Notes: generated by a model not told the origin, from the letters alone. A stretch of 30,257 nucleotides of DNA from Verrucomicrobiia bacterium (GCA_030044395.1 JASHVW010000447.1:1-30257); one strand, 5' to 3'; shown: positions 18,040 to 27,093, counted from the first letter of the stretch. Translations and numbers: made by a program.

Positions 18040-19263
18040 ATGAATTTTCTGACCGAACTGCGGGAAGGCCTGGCGATTTCATGGAGCGCCATCGGCGCGA
18101 ACAAGTTGCGTTCGGTGCTGACCACGCTGGGAATTGTCATCGGTATTGTCACGGTCACGCTCATGGGCACAACGATTGAAGGCATCAACCAGTCGTTCCT
18201 CAAAAACATTTCCACCATTGGCGCGGACGTGCTCTTCGTCCAACGCTATAGCTGGTTCATCGAATCGCGCCAGGAATGGTTCGACGACATGAAGCGGCCG
18301 GCCATTTCGATGGATGACGTTGATGCCTTGCAACGTGAAATGACCCTTGCCGAAGCCATCGCGCCGGTCGCCGAGGTCGAAGAACCGGTCAAATACAAGA
18401 GACGCCATTCGACCAGTGCTCCGGTCATCGGCACGACGGAACAATTTCAAATCACCCGGGGGTTCACCATGTCCGATGGCCGCTTTTTGACCGCGGCGGA
18501 ATGTGACGGCGGCCGCCCCGTCTGCGTGATTGGCTCGGCGCTCGCCACCAATCTTTTCCAGCGCGAACCGCCGCTCGGCCAAAAAATTTTCGTCGGTGGG
18601 CACCCATTTGAAGTCGTTGGGGTGCTGGAGAAAATCGGCGGTTTTTCCGAAGACACAGATGATGGCGCGATCGTGCCGTTCGCCCAATTCACTTCTGTTT
18701 TTAATGAAAGTCCCGATTTCAGCATCCAGGTCAAGGTGAGAAATCTCCGCCAGTTGGACGATGCCACGGAGGAACTGCGTGGGATTCTGCGCCGCGAGCG
18801 CCACCTTGCGCCGGATGCGCCGGACAATTTTTCCGTTGATCAACAGGATGAATTTTTAAAGGTGTTTCATCGCGTGGCCGGCACGCTCGCCGTGATCGGC
18901 TTGTTCATTACCGGATTATCCCTCTTTGTGGGCGGCATCGGCATCATGAATATCATGTTCGTCTCCGTTGCGGAACGAACCCGGGAAATCGGCGTGCGCA
19001 AAGCCATCGGCGCCAAGCGGCGGACCATCCTGTTGCAATTTTTAATCGAGGCGGCCTGCATTTGCCTGATCGGCGGCGTCATCGCGCTCCTGATTGCTTG
19101 GCCTTCGACGCTGCTCCTGCGCAAGGCGATGCCGGCGGTGATGTCACCGCTGGTCGTGTGCATAGCGCTGTTCTTTTCCGGCCTGACTGGTTTGGCAGCC
19201 GGGATTTTTCCGGCATGGCGCGCGGCAAGAATGAATCCCGTGGATGCGTTGCGAAATGAGTAG
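18040..19263 (+). CDS. ABC transporter permease, MacB/FtsX family
   Basis: LRSVLTTLGIVIG and VGGIGIMNIMFVSVAERTREIGVRKAIGA motifs. Confidence 0.93.
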   Translation: MNFLTELREGLAISWSAIGANKLRSVLTTLGIVIGIVTVTLMGTTIEGINQSFLKNISTIGADVLFVQRYSWFIESRQEWFDDMKRPAISMDDVDALQREMTLAEAIAPVAEVEEPVKYKRRHSTSAPVIGTTEQFQITRGFTMSDGRFLTAAECDGGRPVCVIGSALATNLFQREPPLGQKIFVGGHPFEVVGVLEKIGGFSEDTDDGAIVPFAQFTSVFNESPDFSIQVKVRNLRQLDDATEELRGILRRERHLAPDAPDNFSVDQQDEFLKVFHRVAGTLAVIGLFITGLSLFVGGIGIMNIMFVSVAERTREIGVRKAIGAKRRTILLQFLIEAACICLIGGVIALLIAWPSTLLLRKAMPAVMSPLVVCIALFFSGLTGLAAGIFPAWRAARMNPVDALRNE

Positions 19264-20515
19264 AAACCACATCCCATTTTTTGCCGAAGCGCGTGAAAGT
19301 TTTCTGATGGCCATGAGCGCGCTGGCGGCGCACAAATTGCGGTCGGCATTGACTTTGCTGGGTGTGCTTATTGGTGTATTCTCCATCATTGTCGTGATGA
19401 CGGCAATCCGCGCCATGGAGAGTGACATTGACCGGCAGTTAAGTTCCCTTGGCAGCCAGACTTTTGTAATCCGTAAATGGCCGGGACTTTTTCTGGGAGC
19501 TTCGGACGCCGATTTCCAAAAATACTGGCGCCGAAAGGACATCACCATGGCGCAGGGAAAGCGGTTGCAGGAGAAAACCAGCCTTCCAGCGGCTGTCGGC
19601 ATGGAATCCACCTTATGGTCGGGAGAAATCAGCACCCGGTATAAAAGCAGTGCCCCGGATGTGGATCTCTATGGCGATACGCCCGGCTCTTTCCCCGCCC
19701 ACAATTGGATTCCTGCGGAAGGGCGGGTCCTGTTGGACGCGGATGTGGACAGCGCTCGCTATGTCTGTGTCCTGGGCGCCGCGCTGGCCGAAAACATTTT
19801 TCCAAACAGTTCACCCGTGGGAGACCAGGTGAAGATTGATGGCATTAATTACATCGTTGTCGGCGTGCTTGAAGGCCAGGGAGGCGCGCTCGGCGGAGAC
19901 CAGGACAATTTCGCCGTCATCCCCCTGACCACCGCTCTGAATCGTTATGGCCGGTGGCGAAGCCTGGACGTCCTTGTACAGGCGCGCGACCGCGCCAGCT
20001 ATGAGGCCACGATGGAGGAAGCGCGCGGAGCCATGCGCGTTATTCGCAAAGTGCCCCCCGGGCAGGATGACGATTTTGAGATCGACTCCAACGACTCCTT
20101 GATCGCGCAGTTTGATTCTTTCACCCGCGATGTTCGCATCGGCGCCGCCCTCATCAGTTCCATCGCGTTGCTGGCCGCCGGCGTCGGCATCATGAACATC
20201 ATGCTCGTGTCGGTGACGGAGCGCACCCGCGAGATCGGCATCCGCCGCTCCATCGGCGCAAAAAGAAGAAATATCATGGCGCAATTCATCATGGAAGCCA
20301 TCGTACTGTGCGAAGTGGGCGGCGTGGCGGGGGTGGCGCTGGGAATTCTTGGCGGCAACGCCCTGGCCGGTTTACTTAAATTCGCGCCGGTCATCCCGTT
20401 CGATTGGGTGGTCATCGGGCTGGTGATTTGTTCGATTGTCGGGGTAATTTTCGGGACCTATCCTGCCTACAAAGCGGCGCATCTCGACCCCATCGAATCA
20501 TTACGGTACGAATAG
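19256..20515 (+). CDS. ABC transporter permease, MacB/FtsX family (second paralog)
   Basis: LRSALTLLGVLIG, GVGIMNIMLVSVTERTREIGIRRSIGA and DPIESLRYE motifs. Start at ATG 19256 overlaps the previous gene end. Confidence 0.93.
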   Translation: MSRNHIPFFAEARESFLMAMSALAAHKLRSALTLLGVLIGVFSIIVVMTAIRAMESDIDRQLSSLGSQTFVIRKWPGLFLGASDADFQKYWRRKDITMAQGKRLQEKTSLPAAVGMESTLWSGEISTRYKSSAPDVDLYGDTPGSFPAHNWIPAEGRVLLDADVDSARYVCVLGAALAENIFPNSSPVGDQVKIDGINYIVVGVLEGQGGALGGDQDNFAVIPLTTALNRYGRWRSLDVLVQARDRASYEATMEEARGAMRVIRKVPPGQDDDFEIDSNDSLIAQFDSFTRDVRIGAALISSIALLAAGVGIMNIMLVSVTERTREIGIRRSIGAKRRNIMAQFIMEAIVLCEVGGVAGVALGILGGNALAGLLKFAPVIPFDWVVIGLVICSIVGVIFGTYPAYKAAHLDPIESLRYE

Positions 20516-20553
20516 AGCGTTTTAAAAAATAATGTGGCCGTTCGGAGCGAGGA

Positions 20554-20676
20554 TTTTTGGTGTTTTGGCGAGGCTTCAGCGAAGGAGCATGTTTGAAAAT
20601 CCTGTAACTGCTTGCCCGCCGTAGCCTTGCAGCTTTGGGCGAAGGTGGGAGCCGAAACGACGCCAAAACCCAAAAA
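20554..20676. repeat. Intergenic inverted-repeat element (REP/MITE-like)
   Basis: TTTTTGGTGTTTTGGCG (20554-20570) and CGCCAAAACCCAAAAA (20661-20676) match as inverted repeats with one gap. An internal hairpin CCCGCC...GGTGGG lies at 20615-20649. Confidence 0.5.
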
Positions 20677-20793
20677 GACCGCTTCTCATTCTTTTTCCCC
20701 CGAATGGCTACAGTATTTTTTAAACTGCTCTTGAGAAGATTTTCGCATTTGGTGTTTGACGGCGGGGGCGGAAACAGCGAAAAGAAACCAGCC

Positions 20794-21399
20794 ATGAAAC
20801 TGAAAGACCTGTTTCTGGGCCTTTGCATCGCGGCGCTGCTGGTAAGCGAGATCTTCCTCTTTGTCGCCAACCAGCAAAAGAACGCCGCCCTCGATAGGAT
20901 GAACTCGGCGCAACACGACGCCGACCAGGCGCGCGCGGACCTGGCTCAACTCAAGGCCGCCACCGACGCGCAGGCCTCCGATGATACCCGGCTGCGCGCC
21001 GAGAACCTGAGCCTCACCCGGCGACTCTCCACACTTCAGACGCAGATCACCACTTTCAGCAACGCCAATGTGGTTCTATCATTGCAATTGGGCAATGCCC
21101 AACAAACCGCCCAACAGCAACAGGAGCAGATGCAGCAAATCCAATACGATGCCGAACAGGCGCAGGCCACCGCCGAGCGCAACGCCTGCATGACCAATCT
21201 TCGGGAAATTGACGCCGCCAAAGGCGAATGGTCTCTCGAAACCGGCAAGACCACCGGTGCCACGCCCACCGAACAGGATTTGCTGCCCTATTTGACCGGC
21301 GGCATCTTCCCCGTCTGTCCTTCTGGCGGCATATATACGATAGGCGCCATCGGTACTCCGCCATCCTGTTCAATCCACGGCCCGTTGGTGGCGCAATAA
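20794..21399 (+). CDS. Membrane-anchored coiled-coil protein with a C-terminal pilin/pseudopilin-like Cys-containing domain
   Basis: N-terminal hydrophobic helix and a Q/A-rich coiled coil, followed by CMTNLREIDAAKGEWSLE...CPSGGIYTIG...PSCSIHG. Start MKLKDLFL at 20794. Confidence 0.7.
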   Translation: MKLKDLFLGLCIAALLVSEIFLFVANQQKNAALDRMNSAQHDADQARADLAQLKAATDAQASDDTRLRAENLSLTRRLSTLQTQITTFSNANVVLSLQLGNAQQTAQQQQEQMQQIQYDAEQAQATAERNACMTNLREIDAAKGEWSLETGKTTGATPTEQDLLPYLTGGIFPVCPSGGIYTIGAIGTPPSCSIHGPLVAQ

Positions 21400-21593
21400 C
21401 CGCATCTTGACCGCTTCGTCATCAGATCTTCGGAATTCCTTCATCATTAGGGTGTAACCTTTCGCGTCATTCAGGAAACAGGGTTCGCGAACAGCAAATT
21501 CCATGCTCGCCCCACGCGCCCAATATTTTTAATCAATGCTTTTTGCAATTTTCACTCTTGGCTTTCCCCGGTTCTCGCGTAAATTGTCGGCTC

Positions 21594-23423
21594 ATGATTG
21601 ATACGGACATCGAACTTTTGAAGGGCATCGCAAATCAATTGCGCATTCATTCCATTAACGCCACGACCGCCGCCGGCAGCGGCCACCCCACTTCCTGCTG
21701 CTCGGCCGCCGACATCGTCGCCGCCCTGTTCTTCGGATACATGAAGTATGACCCGAAAAACCCGCATTTCCATAACAATGACCGGTTCATTCTCTCCAAG
21801 GGCCACGCCGCGCCGTTGCTTTACGCCGCGTGGGTTGAAAATGGGTTTATTCCCGCCCCGGAAATTTTGAAGCTGCGAACTTTTGGCAGCGACCTCGAAG
21901 GCCATCCCACGCCGCGGCTGCCGTTTGTGGATGTAGCCACCGGTTCGCTCGGCCAGGGCTTGAGCGTTGGCGTCGGCATGGCCCTCGCCGCCCGCCTTGA
22001 CAATCTCGATTACAATACCTATGTCCTGCTCGGTGACGGCGAAATCGCCGAAGGCTCGGTTTGGGAAGCCGCGTCGCTCGCCGGTGTCAACAAGCTGAAC
22101 AACCTGATTGCCATCGTTGATGCCAATCGCCTAGGACAAAGCCAGGAAACCGCATTCGGCCATCACATCGAAGTTTATTGCGACCGCTTCAACGCCTTCG
22201 GCTGGCGGGTGGAAACAATTGACGGCCATGACATCGAGGAAATCGTCGAAGTGTTGAGCGGCATCGGCCTGGATGACAAGCCGCTGGCGATTGTCGCCAA
22301 AACTTACAAGGGTGCCGGTGTCTCCTTTTTGCAGGATAAGGACGGCTGGCACGGCAAACCGCTCAACAAGGAGGAAGCGGCCAAAGCCGTCTCCGAATTG
22401 CAGCCCAGCAGCAAGTCCGGCATCGGCGTGGAAATCGCCAGGCCGAATCCGCTGCCCGCGCCGGATAATTCCCCGCCGGCAGGCTATCCGCCGCTCAATT
22501 ACAAACCGGGTGACAGCGTGGCCACGCGCGAAGCCTATGGCAACGCGCTGCTCCGGATCGGGGAGGCCGACAAGCGCGTGATCGCCGTGGATGGCGACAC
22601 CAAAAACTCCACGTACGCCGAAAAATTCTTCAAAAAATTTCCCAATCGCTCCACCGAGGGATACATCGCCGAGCAGAACATGATCGGCGTGGCCACCGGC
22701 TTTGGCGCGCGCGGCAAGGTGCCCTTTGCCTCCACCTTTGCCTGTTTCCTCTCCCGCGGTTTTGACCAGGTGCGCGTCGCGGGAATTTCACAGGCGAACT
22801 TGAAATTGGCCGGCTCCCATGTCGGTGTGAGCATCGGTGAGGATGGACCCTCGCAAATGGCGCTCGAGGATTTGGCGTCGTTTCGCGCCATCGCCGGCAG
22901 CATCGTCCTCTATCCAGCCGATGCCGTCGCCACCGAAAAACTGGTCGAGCAGGCCGCGCTTGGCAAGGGCATCTACTTCCTCCGCACTTCGCGTCCCAAA
23001 ACTCCGGTCATCTACAACAACGACGAATCCTTTCCCATCGGCGGCGCAAAAGTCTTGCGGACCGGCGACAAAGCCACCGTTGTTGCGGCGGGCGTCACGT
23101 TATTTGAAGCGCTGAAAGCCGCCGATACATTGAAGAACGAAGGGATCGGCATCACGGTGATTGACGCTTACAGCATCAAGCCGCTCGGCAAAAAGGAAAT
23201 TCTCGACGCGGCGCGCAAAACCAACAGCACCGTCATCACCGTGGAGGACCATTATCCCGAAGGCGGACTGGGCGACGCGGTGGCCGGCGAATTGAGCGTG
23301 GAAGGCATCAAGGTTCATAAGCTGGCGGTCAACGGCCTGCCCCGTTCCGGCAAGGCCGCCGAGTTGATGGCCCATTTCGAGATTGACGCCGCCGCAATTG
23401 TCAAAAAAGTCAAAGCCCTCTGA
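21594..23423 (+). CDS. tkt: Transketolase (short, about 610-aa type)
   Basis: SGHPTS, DRFILSKGHA, LEGHP, ATGSLGQG, the ThDP motif GDGEIAEGSVWEA, and GEDGPSQ. Start MIDTD at 21594. Confidence 0.93.
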   Translation: MIDTDIELLKGIANQLRIHSINATTAAGSGHPTSCCSAADIVAALFFGYMKYDPKNPHFHNNDRFILSKGHAAPLLYAAWVENGFIPAPEILKLRTFGSDLEGHPTPRLPFVDVATGSLGQGLSVGVGMALAARLDNLDYNTYVLLGDGEIAEGSVWEAASLAGVNKLNNLIAIVDANRLGQSQETAFGHHIEVYCDRFNAFGWRVETIDGHDIEEIVEVLSGIGLDDKPLAIVAKTYKGAGVSFLQDKDGWHGKPLNKEEAAKAVSELQPSSKSGIGVEIARPNPLPAPDNSPPAGYPPLNYKPGDSVATREAYGNALLRIGEADKRVIAVDGDTKNSTYAEKFFKKFPNRSTEGYIAEQNMIGVATGFGARGKVPFASTFACFLSRGFDQVRVAGISQANLKLAGSHVGVSIGEDGPSQMALEDLASFRAIAGSIVLYPADAVATEKLVEQAALGKGIYFLRTSRPKTPVIYNNDESFPIGGAKVLRTGDKATVVAAGVTLFEALKAADTLKNEGIGITVIDAYSIKPLGKKEILDAARKTNSTVITVEDHYPEGGLGDAVAGELSVEGIKVHKLAVNGLPRSGKAAELMAHFEIDAAAIVKKVKAL

Positions 23424-23564
23424 CACCGCATCATCCTTATCCCTTCAGCCCCGTTGGGGGCGAAATCTCTCTGGAAACACGGCAAACAAACGATTGGAGC
23501 GTTTCAATAAAAATGGTGGCGGCGAATTGAAGGCGCTGAATGAAATTCCGCGAGGTTTTGGACT

Positions 23565-23586
23565 GCGCCAGCCCCTGGCGCTTTTT
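23565..23586 (+). terminator. Possible intrinsic terminator or REP hairpin downstream of tkt
   Basis: GCGCCAG-CCC-CTGGCGC stem followed by TTTTT, about 140 nt after the tkt stop. Confidence 0.45.
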
Positions 23587-23752
23587 CATCGTATCGCCGA
23601 TGTGGCATTCTTCCAAACTGAGTCTGCTTGGCGGCTGCAGAATTAATTAATCTGCCTTGAAGCCCCGCTGAGAAATCGAATTCAAAGCGTGAAGAAAATT
23701 TTTCTCCGCCTTTTTTCCTTTCTCCCTTCTGATTTTTTGCAATAGTCGGGCC

Positions 23753-24868
23753 ATGCAAGGCGTCGGAAGATGTTTTTTCATCGCCCTGATGGCGGTGAAC
23801 CTCGCGGTTTCGTCTTTGGCGCAGAACGTTTGCGCCATCTGCGGCAAACCCATCACCGGCACCTTTTATTTGGTAACCGACCAGATCACCGGGGAGCAAA
23901 AATTCGTTTGCTCCAACTGTATCCTCTTGCCGCGCTGCTTTATTTGCGGCCTGCCCGTCAAGAATGGCGGCGAACAATTGCCGGACGGGCGCTGGCTCTG
24001 CGCCCGCGACTTGCAAACCGCCGTGCTGGACGCCGATACGGCCCGGCAGGTGGCCGGCGAAGTCCGTGATGAACTTGACAGGTTGTTTTCGCGCGATACT
24101 TCGTTTCCAACCAACGTGGAAGTGAACGTCATTGATCGCGTGGATGTGGATTCCATGTTTCAAATCGTCGGAAACGAATTTGAAAGCCCAAACCTGCTCG
24201 GCTGCATTCGCCCCGTGACTGACGGCGGCAAGAAACATTATGAGATGAGCCTGCTGACGGGCCTGCCGCTCGTCGAATTAAAGGCTACCGCCGCGCATGA
24301 ATTCTCGCACGCCTGGGTGGGCGAAAACGTATCGCCCGGGCGCCACGCCCGGATTGCGCGCGACGCTGAAGAGGGATTTTGCGAGTTGGTGGCCTATTTG
24401 CTCATGGATTCGGAGGGCGAGGAGGGGCAGAAGCAATTCATATTGCGCAACCACTATACCCGCGGGCAGGTGCAGTGTTTCATTGCGGCGGAACAACGCT
24501 TTGGCTTCGACGAGGTCCTGGATTGGATGAAATATGGCGACGGCTCCCGATTGGACGACGGACAGCCGGAGGAAATTCGGGATGTAACGGTCCCGGCGGG
24601 CGTCGTGACCGCCTCGCCGGCGCTTTACGCCGGTGTCGGCGCCGCGCCCGTCAAGCCGGCCTCGTCGCTCGAGCTTCAAGGAATTTTATGGGGAAACCCT
24701 CCCGTCGCCATTATCAATAACCATTCTGTTTTCCCCAACGACCAGTTCCAAGTGGACATTGCCGGAAAGGAAATGTCCGTCCGCTGCCTGGAAATCCAGA
24801 CCAATTTTGTTCGTGTCCAAAATCTGGATTCCGGCCAGGAAGAGGAATTGCGGTTATGGAACAATTGA
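23753..24868 (+). CDS. Exported zinc-finger (LIM-like) plus DA1-like HEXXH metallopeptidase
   Basis: Signal-peptide-like N-terminus, Cys pairs CAIC/CSNC/CFIC/CARD, HEFSH at 24296-24310 and a downstream EEGFCEL. Confidence 0.75.
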   Translation: MQGVGRCFFIALMAVNLAVSSLAQNVCAICGKPITGTFYLVTDQITGEQKFVCSNCILLPRCFICGLPVKNGGEQLPDGRWLCARDLQTAVLDADTARQVAGEVRDELDRLFSRDTSFPTNVEVNVIDRVDVDSMFQIVGNEFESPNLLGCIRPVTDGGKKHYEMSLLTGLPLVELKATAAHEFSHAWVGENVSPGRHARIARDAEEGFCELVAYLLMDSEGEEGQKQFILRNHYTRGQVQCFIAAEQRFGFDEVLDWMKYGDGSRLDDGQPEEIRDVTVPAGVVTASPALYAGVGAAPVKPASSLELQGILWGNPPVAIINNHSVFPNDQFQVDIAGKEMSVRCLEIQTNFVRVQNLDSGQEEELRLWNN

Positions 24869-24919
24869 AATTGCCGCCAATGGTTGCCAAAAGCAAATAT
24901 TTGAGGAACATTTAAGCTG

Positions 24920-25489
24920 ATGGCAGCGTCCACTCCGCCAAAATATTTGAAAGGCCAATTGCTGCTCGATAGCGGCCAATTGAGCGGCTCGTTTTTTCAG
25001 CGGACTGTTTTGCTGATATGCGAGCACAATGCGGAGGGCGCCTTTGGCCTGGTGCTGAATCGCTCCGCCGGCAACAAAGTGGGCGAAGTGATCGTGGCCG
25101 ACCTTCCCGATGCGCTCAAGGAAGCGCCGCTCTACCTGGGCGGGCCGGTGCAACCGACGGCACTCAGCTTCCTGCACTCGGACAATTTTATTCCCGACGC
25201 GAATGTCTTTCCCAACTTGAACCTGGGCCATTCGCTGGATGATCTGGTGGAAATCGGCGAATCCTTTTCAACTGTGAAAAAAGTGAAAATGTTTGCCGGT
25301 TACGCTGGATGGTCGCCCGGCCAGTTGGAGGATGAAATGAAGCGCAAGTCCTGGTTGACGTTTCCCGCGTCCTTGGAATTGGTTTTTGATACGCCGGCCG
25401 AACAGCTTTGGCCAAGAATTTTGAAGAGCAAGGGCGGCTGGCGAAATAAACTTCTCTCCCAAGTCCCTGAAAACCTGTCGTGGAACTAG
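24920..25489 (+). CDS. YqgE/AlgH family protein (UPF0301)
   Basis: FFQRTVLLICEHNAEGAFGLVLNR, YLGGPVQ and GYAGWSPGQLEDEM motifs. Confidence 0.92.
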   Translation: MAASTPPKYLKGQLLLDSGQLSGSFFQRTVLLICEHNAEGAFGLVLNRSAGNKVGEVIVADLPDALKEAPLYLGGPVQPTALSFLHSDNFIPDANVFPNLNLGHSLDDLVEIGESFSTVKKVKMFAGYAGWSPGQLEDEMKRKSWLTFPASLELVFDTPAEQLWPRILKSKGGWRNKLLSQVPENLSWN

Positions 25490-25603
25490 TGTGGTGTCTC
25501 AGAAATATCTATACAACCGCGGCAATGGATTTATGAGACACCACACTGGCTGGCCCTCCCGGTCATCTCCGTTATCTTCTGCCTTCCATCTGCGTTTTCC
25601 ACC

Positions 25604-26605
25604 TTACGCTGCCGCTTGCGGCAACCCATTGGATTCCACGTTCACATTCTCAGTGAAATGCCCGTGCGACCGGAATTTTTCATAACGGCGCTTTAACCGC
25701 TCCGCAACCGGCAGCCCAAGAATTTCCCGCAGGTGCTTGAGCAGGTGCGATTTCAGGCTTTCGGCGCTCGCCGCCATGTCGGTATGGGCGCCGCCCAGCG
25801 GTTCGGGGATGATTTCGTCGATAATCTTGAATTCGAGCAAATCTTTTGCCGTAATTTTCAAGGCGGCGGCGGCTTTGGCGGCGGCGGCGCGGTCCCTCCA
25901 TAATATCGCCGCGCAACCTTCCGGCGGTATTACAGAATAGTAGGCATTCTCCAGCATCAATACCCGGTCGGCAATGCCTATCCCCAGTGCGCCCCCGGAA
26001 CCTCCTTCGCCGATGACGATGGCAATGACGGGAACCTTGAGCACCGCCATTTCCCTCAGATTGACGGCGATGGCTTCTGCGACGTGACGTTCTTCGGAGC
26101 CAATCCCGGGATACGCGCCGGAAATGTCAATCAGCGTGATGATCGGCAACCCGAATTTGTTTGCCATCCGCATCAGCCGCAATGCCTTGCGATAGCCTTC
26201 GGGGTGCGCGGAGCCGAAATTGCGCAGAATGTTCTCCTTGGTGTCACGGCCTTTTTGCGTGCCGATGACCATGACGCGATGTTCGTTCAATTTCGCAAAT
26301 CCTCCCACGATGGCCCGGTCTTCTGCAAAAAGCCGGTCGCCGTGCAACTCGTTGAAATCACTGAAAGCCGTATTGAGGTAATCCAGAGTGTAGGGACGTT
26401 TCGGGTGGCGGGCCAGTTGGACTCGCTGCCAGGGGCTTAGATTTGAAAAAATATGGCGACGCGTCTCCGCCAGCTTTTTTTCTATCAACCTGATTTCTTC
26501 TTCAAAACTGACGCCAAGCGAATGTTGCTCGGGATGCAGACGCAGCTCGTCCAGTTTGTTTTGCAGTTCGATGATCGGTTTCTCGAAATCGAGCTGATGT
26601 TTCAT
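25604..26605 (-). CDS. accA: Acetyl-CoA carboxylase carboxyltransferase alpha subunit
   Basis: LDFEKPI, QRVQLARHPKRP, ELHGDR, GSAHPEGYRKALR and IGEGGSGGALG motifs. Confidence 0.97.
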   Translation of the reverse strand: MKHQLDFEKPIIELQNKLDELRLHPEQHSLGVSFEEEIRLIEKKLAETRRHIFSNLSPWQRVQLARHPKRPYTLDYLNTAFSDFNELHGDRLFAEDRAIVGGFAKLNEHRVMVIGTQKGRDTKENILRNFGSAHPEGYRKALRLMRMANKFGLPIITLIDISGAYPGIGSEERHVAEAIAVNLREMAVLKVPVIAIVIGEGGSGGALGIGIADRVLMLENAYYSVIPPEGCAAILWRDRAAAAKAAAALKITAKDLLEFKIIDEIIPEPLGGAHTDMAASAESLKSHLLKHLREILGLPVAERLKRRYEKFRSHGHFTENVNVESNGLPQAAA

Positions 26606-26813
26606 GCGTTTGAAAAGGTAACCATTTTAACGGCTTTGACAATGCCAAATCCCAACCTCCCATATGATTCCGGAGCGCGGCTCTGTGAACCGCAGCAATG
26701 TCCGCGCTTTTCGAGCGCCATCATGCGGGAGCGGAAGACTTGAGCCGTTTGGGACGCGGCGAAAGGAGTTCGGAGAGCCCAAAGCCCGCGAGGGCCGAAT
26801 GAGCGGGAGCGGG

Positions 26814-26848
26814 AAAAAACGAAAGGCCGGACTTGCGTCCGGCCTCTC
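26814..26848 (-). terminator. Intrinsic terminator
   Basis: On the minus strand, GAGAGGCCGGAC-GCAA-GTCCGGCCTTTC followed by GTTTTTT. Confidence 0.8.
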
Positions 26849-27019
26849 ACGGTGATGAGGTTTATACGCCTTCACCTGAGGCGCTCAGAAGGGCGACGCG
26901 ACCAACTTGGGGGTCGCTGTTCGAGCCGCGCCGCGAGCAAAACCTCTCTGCCAACCCTAAACGAACAGCGAAATCTTCGCTTCCTGTAAATTCAGACCCC
27001 CCCACCAGCCTTTTCGTTC
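26814..27019 (-). ncRNA. Putative ~200-nt structured ncRNA (6S-like or cis-regulatory leader; family unassigned)
   Basis: Bounded by an extended -10 promoter and a strong terminator, with several long-range complementary segments and no convincing ORF on this strand. Confidence 0.5.
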
Positions 27020-27023
27020 AAAA

Positions 27024-27032
27024 ATTATAACA
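27024..27032 (-). promoter_or_regulatory. Extended -10 promoter TGTTATAAT
   Basis: Perfect TGnTATAAT on the minus strand, directly upstream of the structured region. Confidence 0.6.
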
Positions 27033-27093
27033 GCATTGTGTCAGCCCGGAATGGGGTTCTTACCCCATGCCCTTCCATTAGCCATCCCTTTTA

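Noticed and set aside
26627-26875. 82-aa ORFs and the GGACGCAA motif suggesting a c-di-GMP-I riboswitch upstream of accA
   Set aside because: The ORFs are R/P/S-rich with no RBS or motif. The GGACGCAA lies within a perfect terminator stem and the other riboswitch elements are missing.
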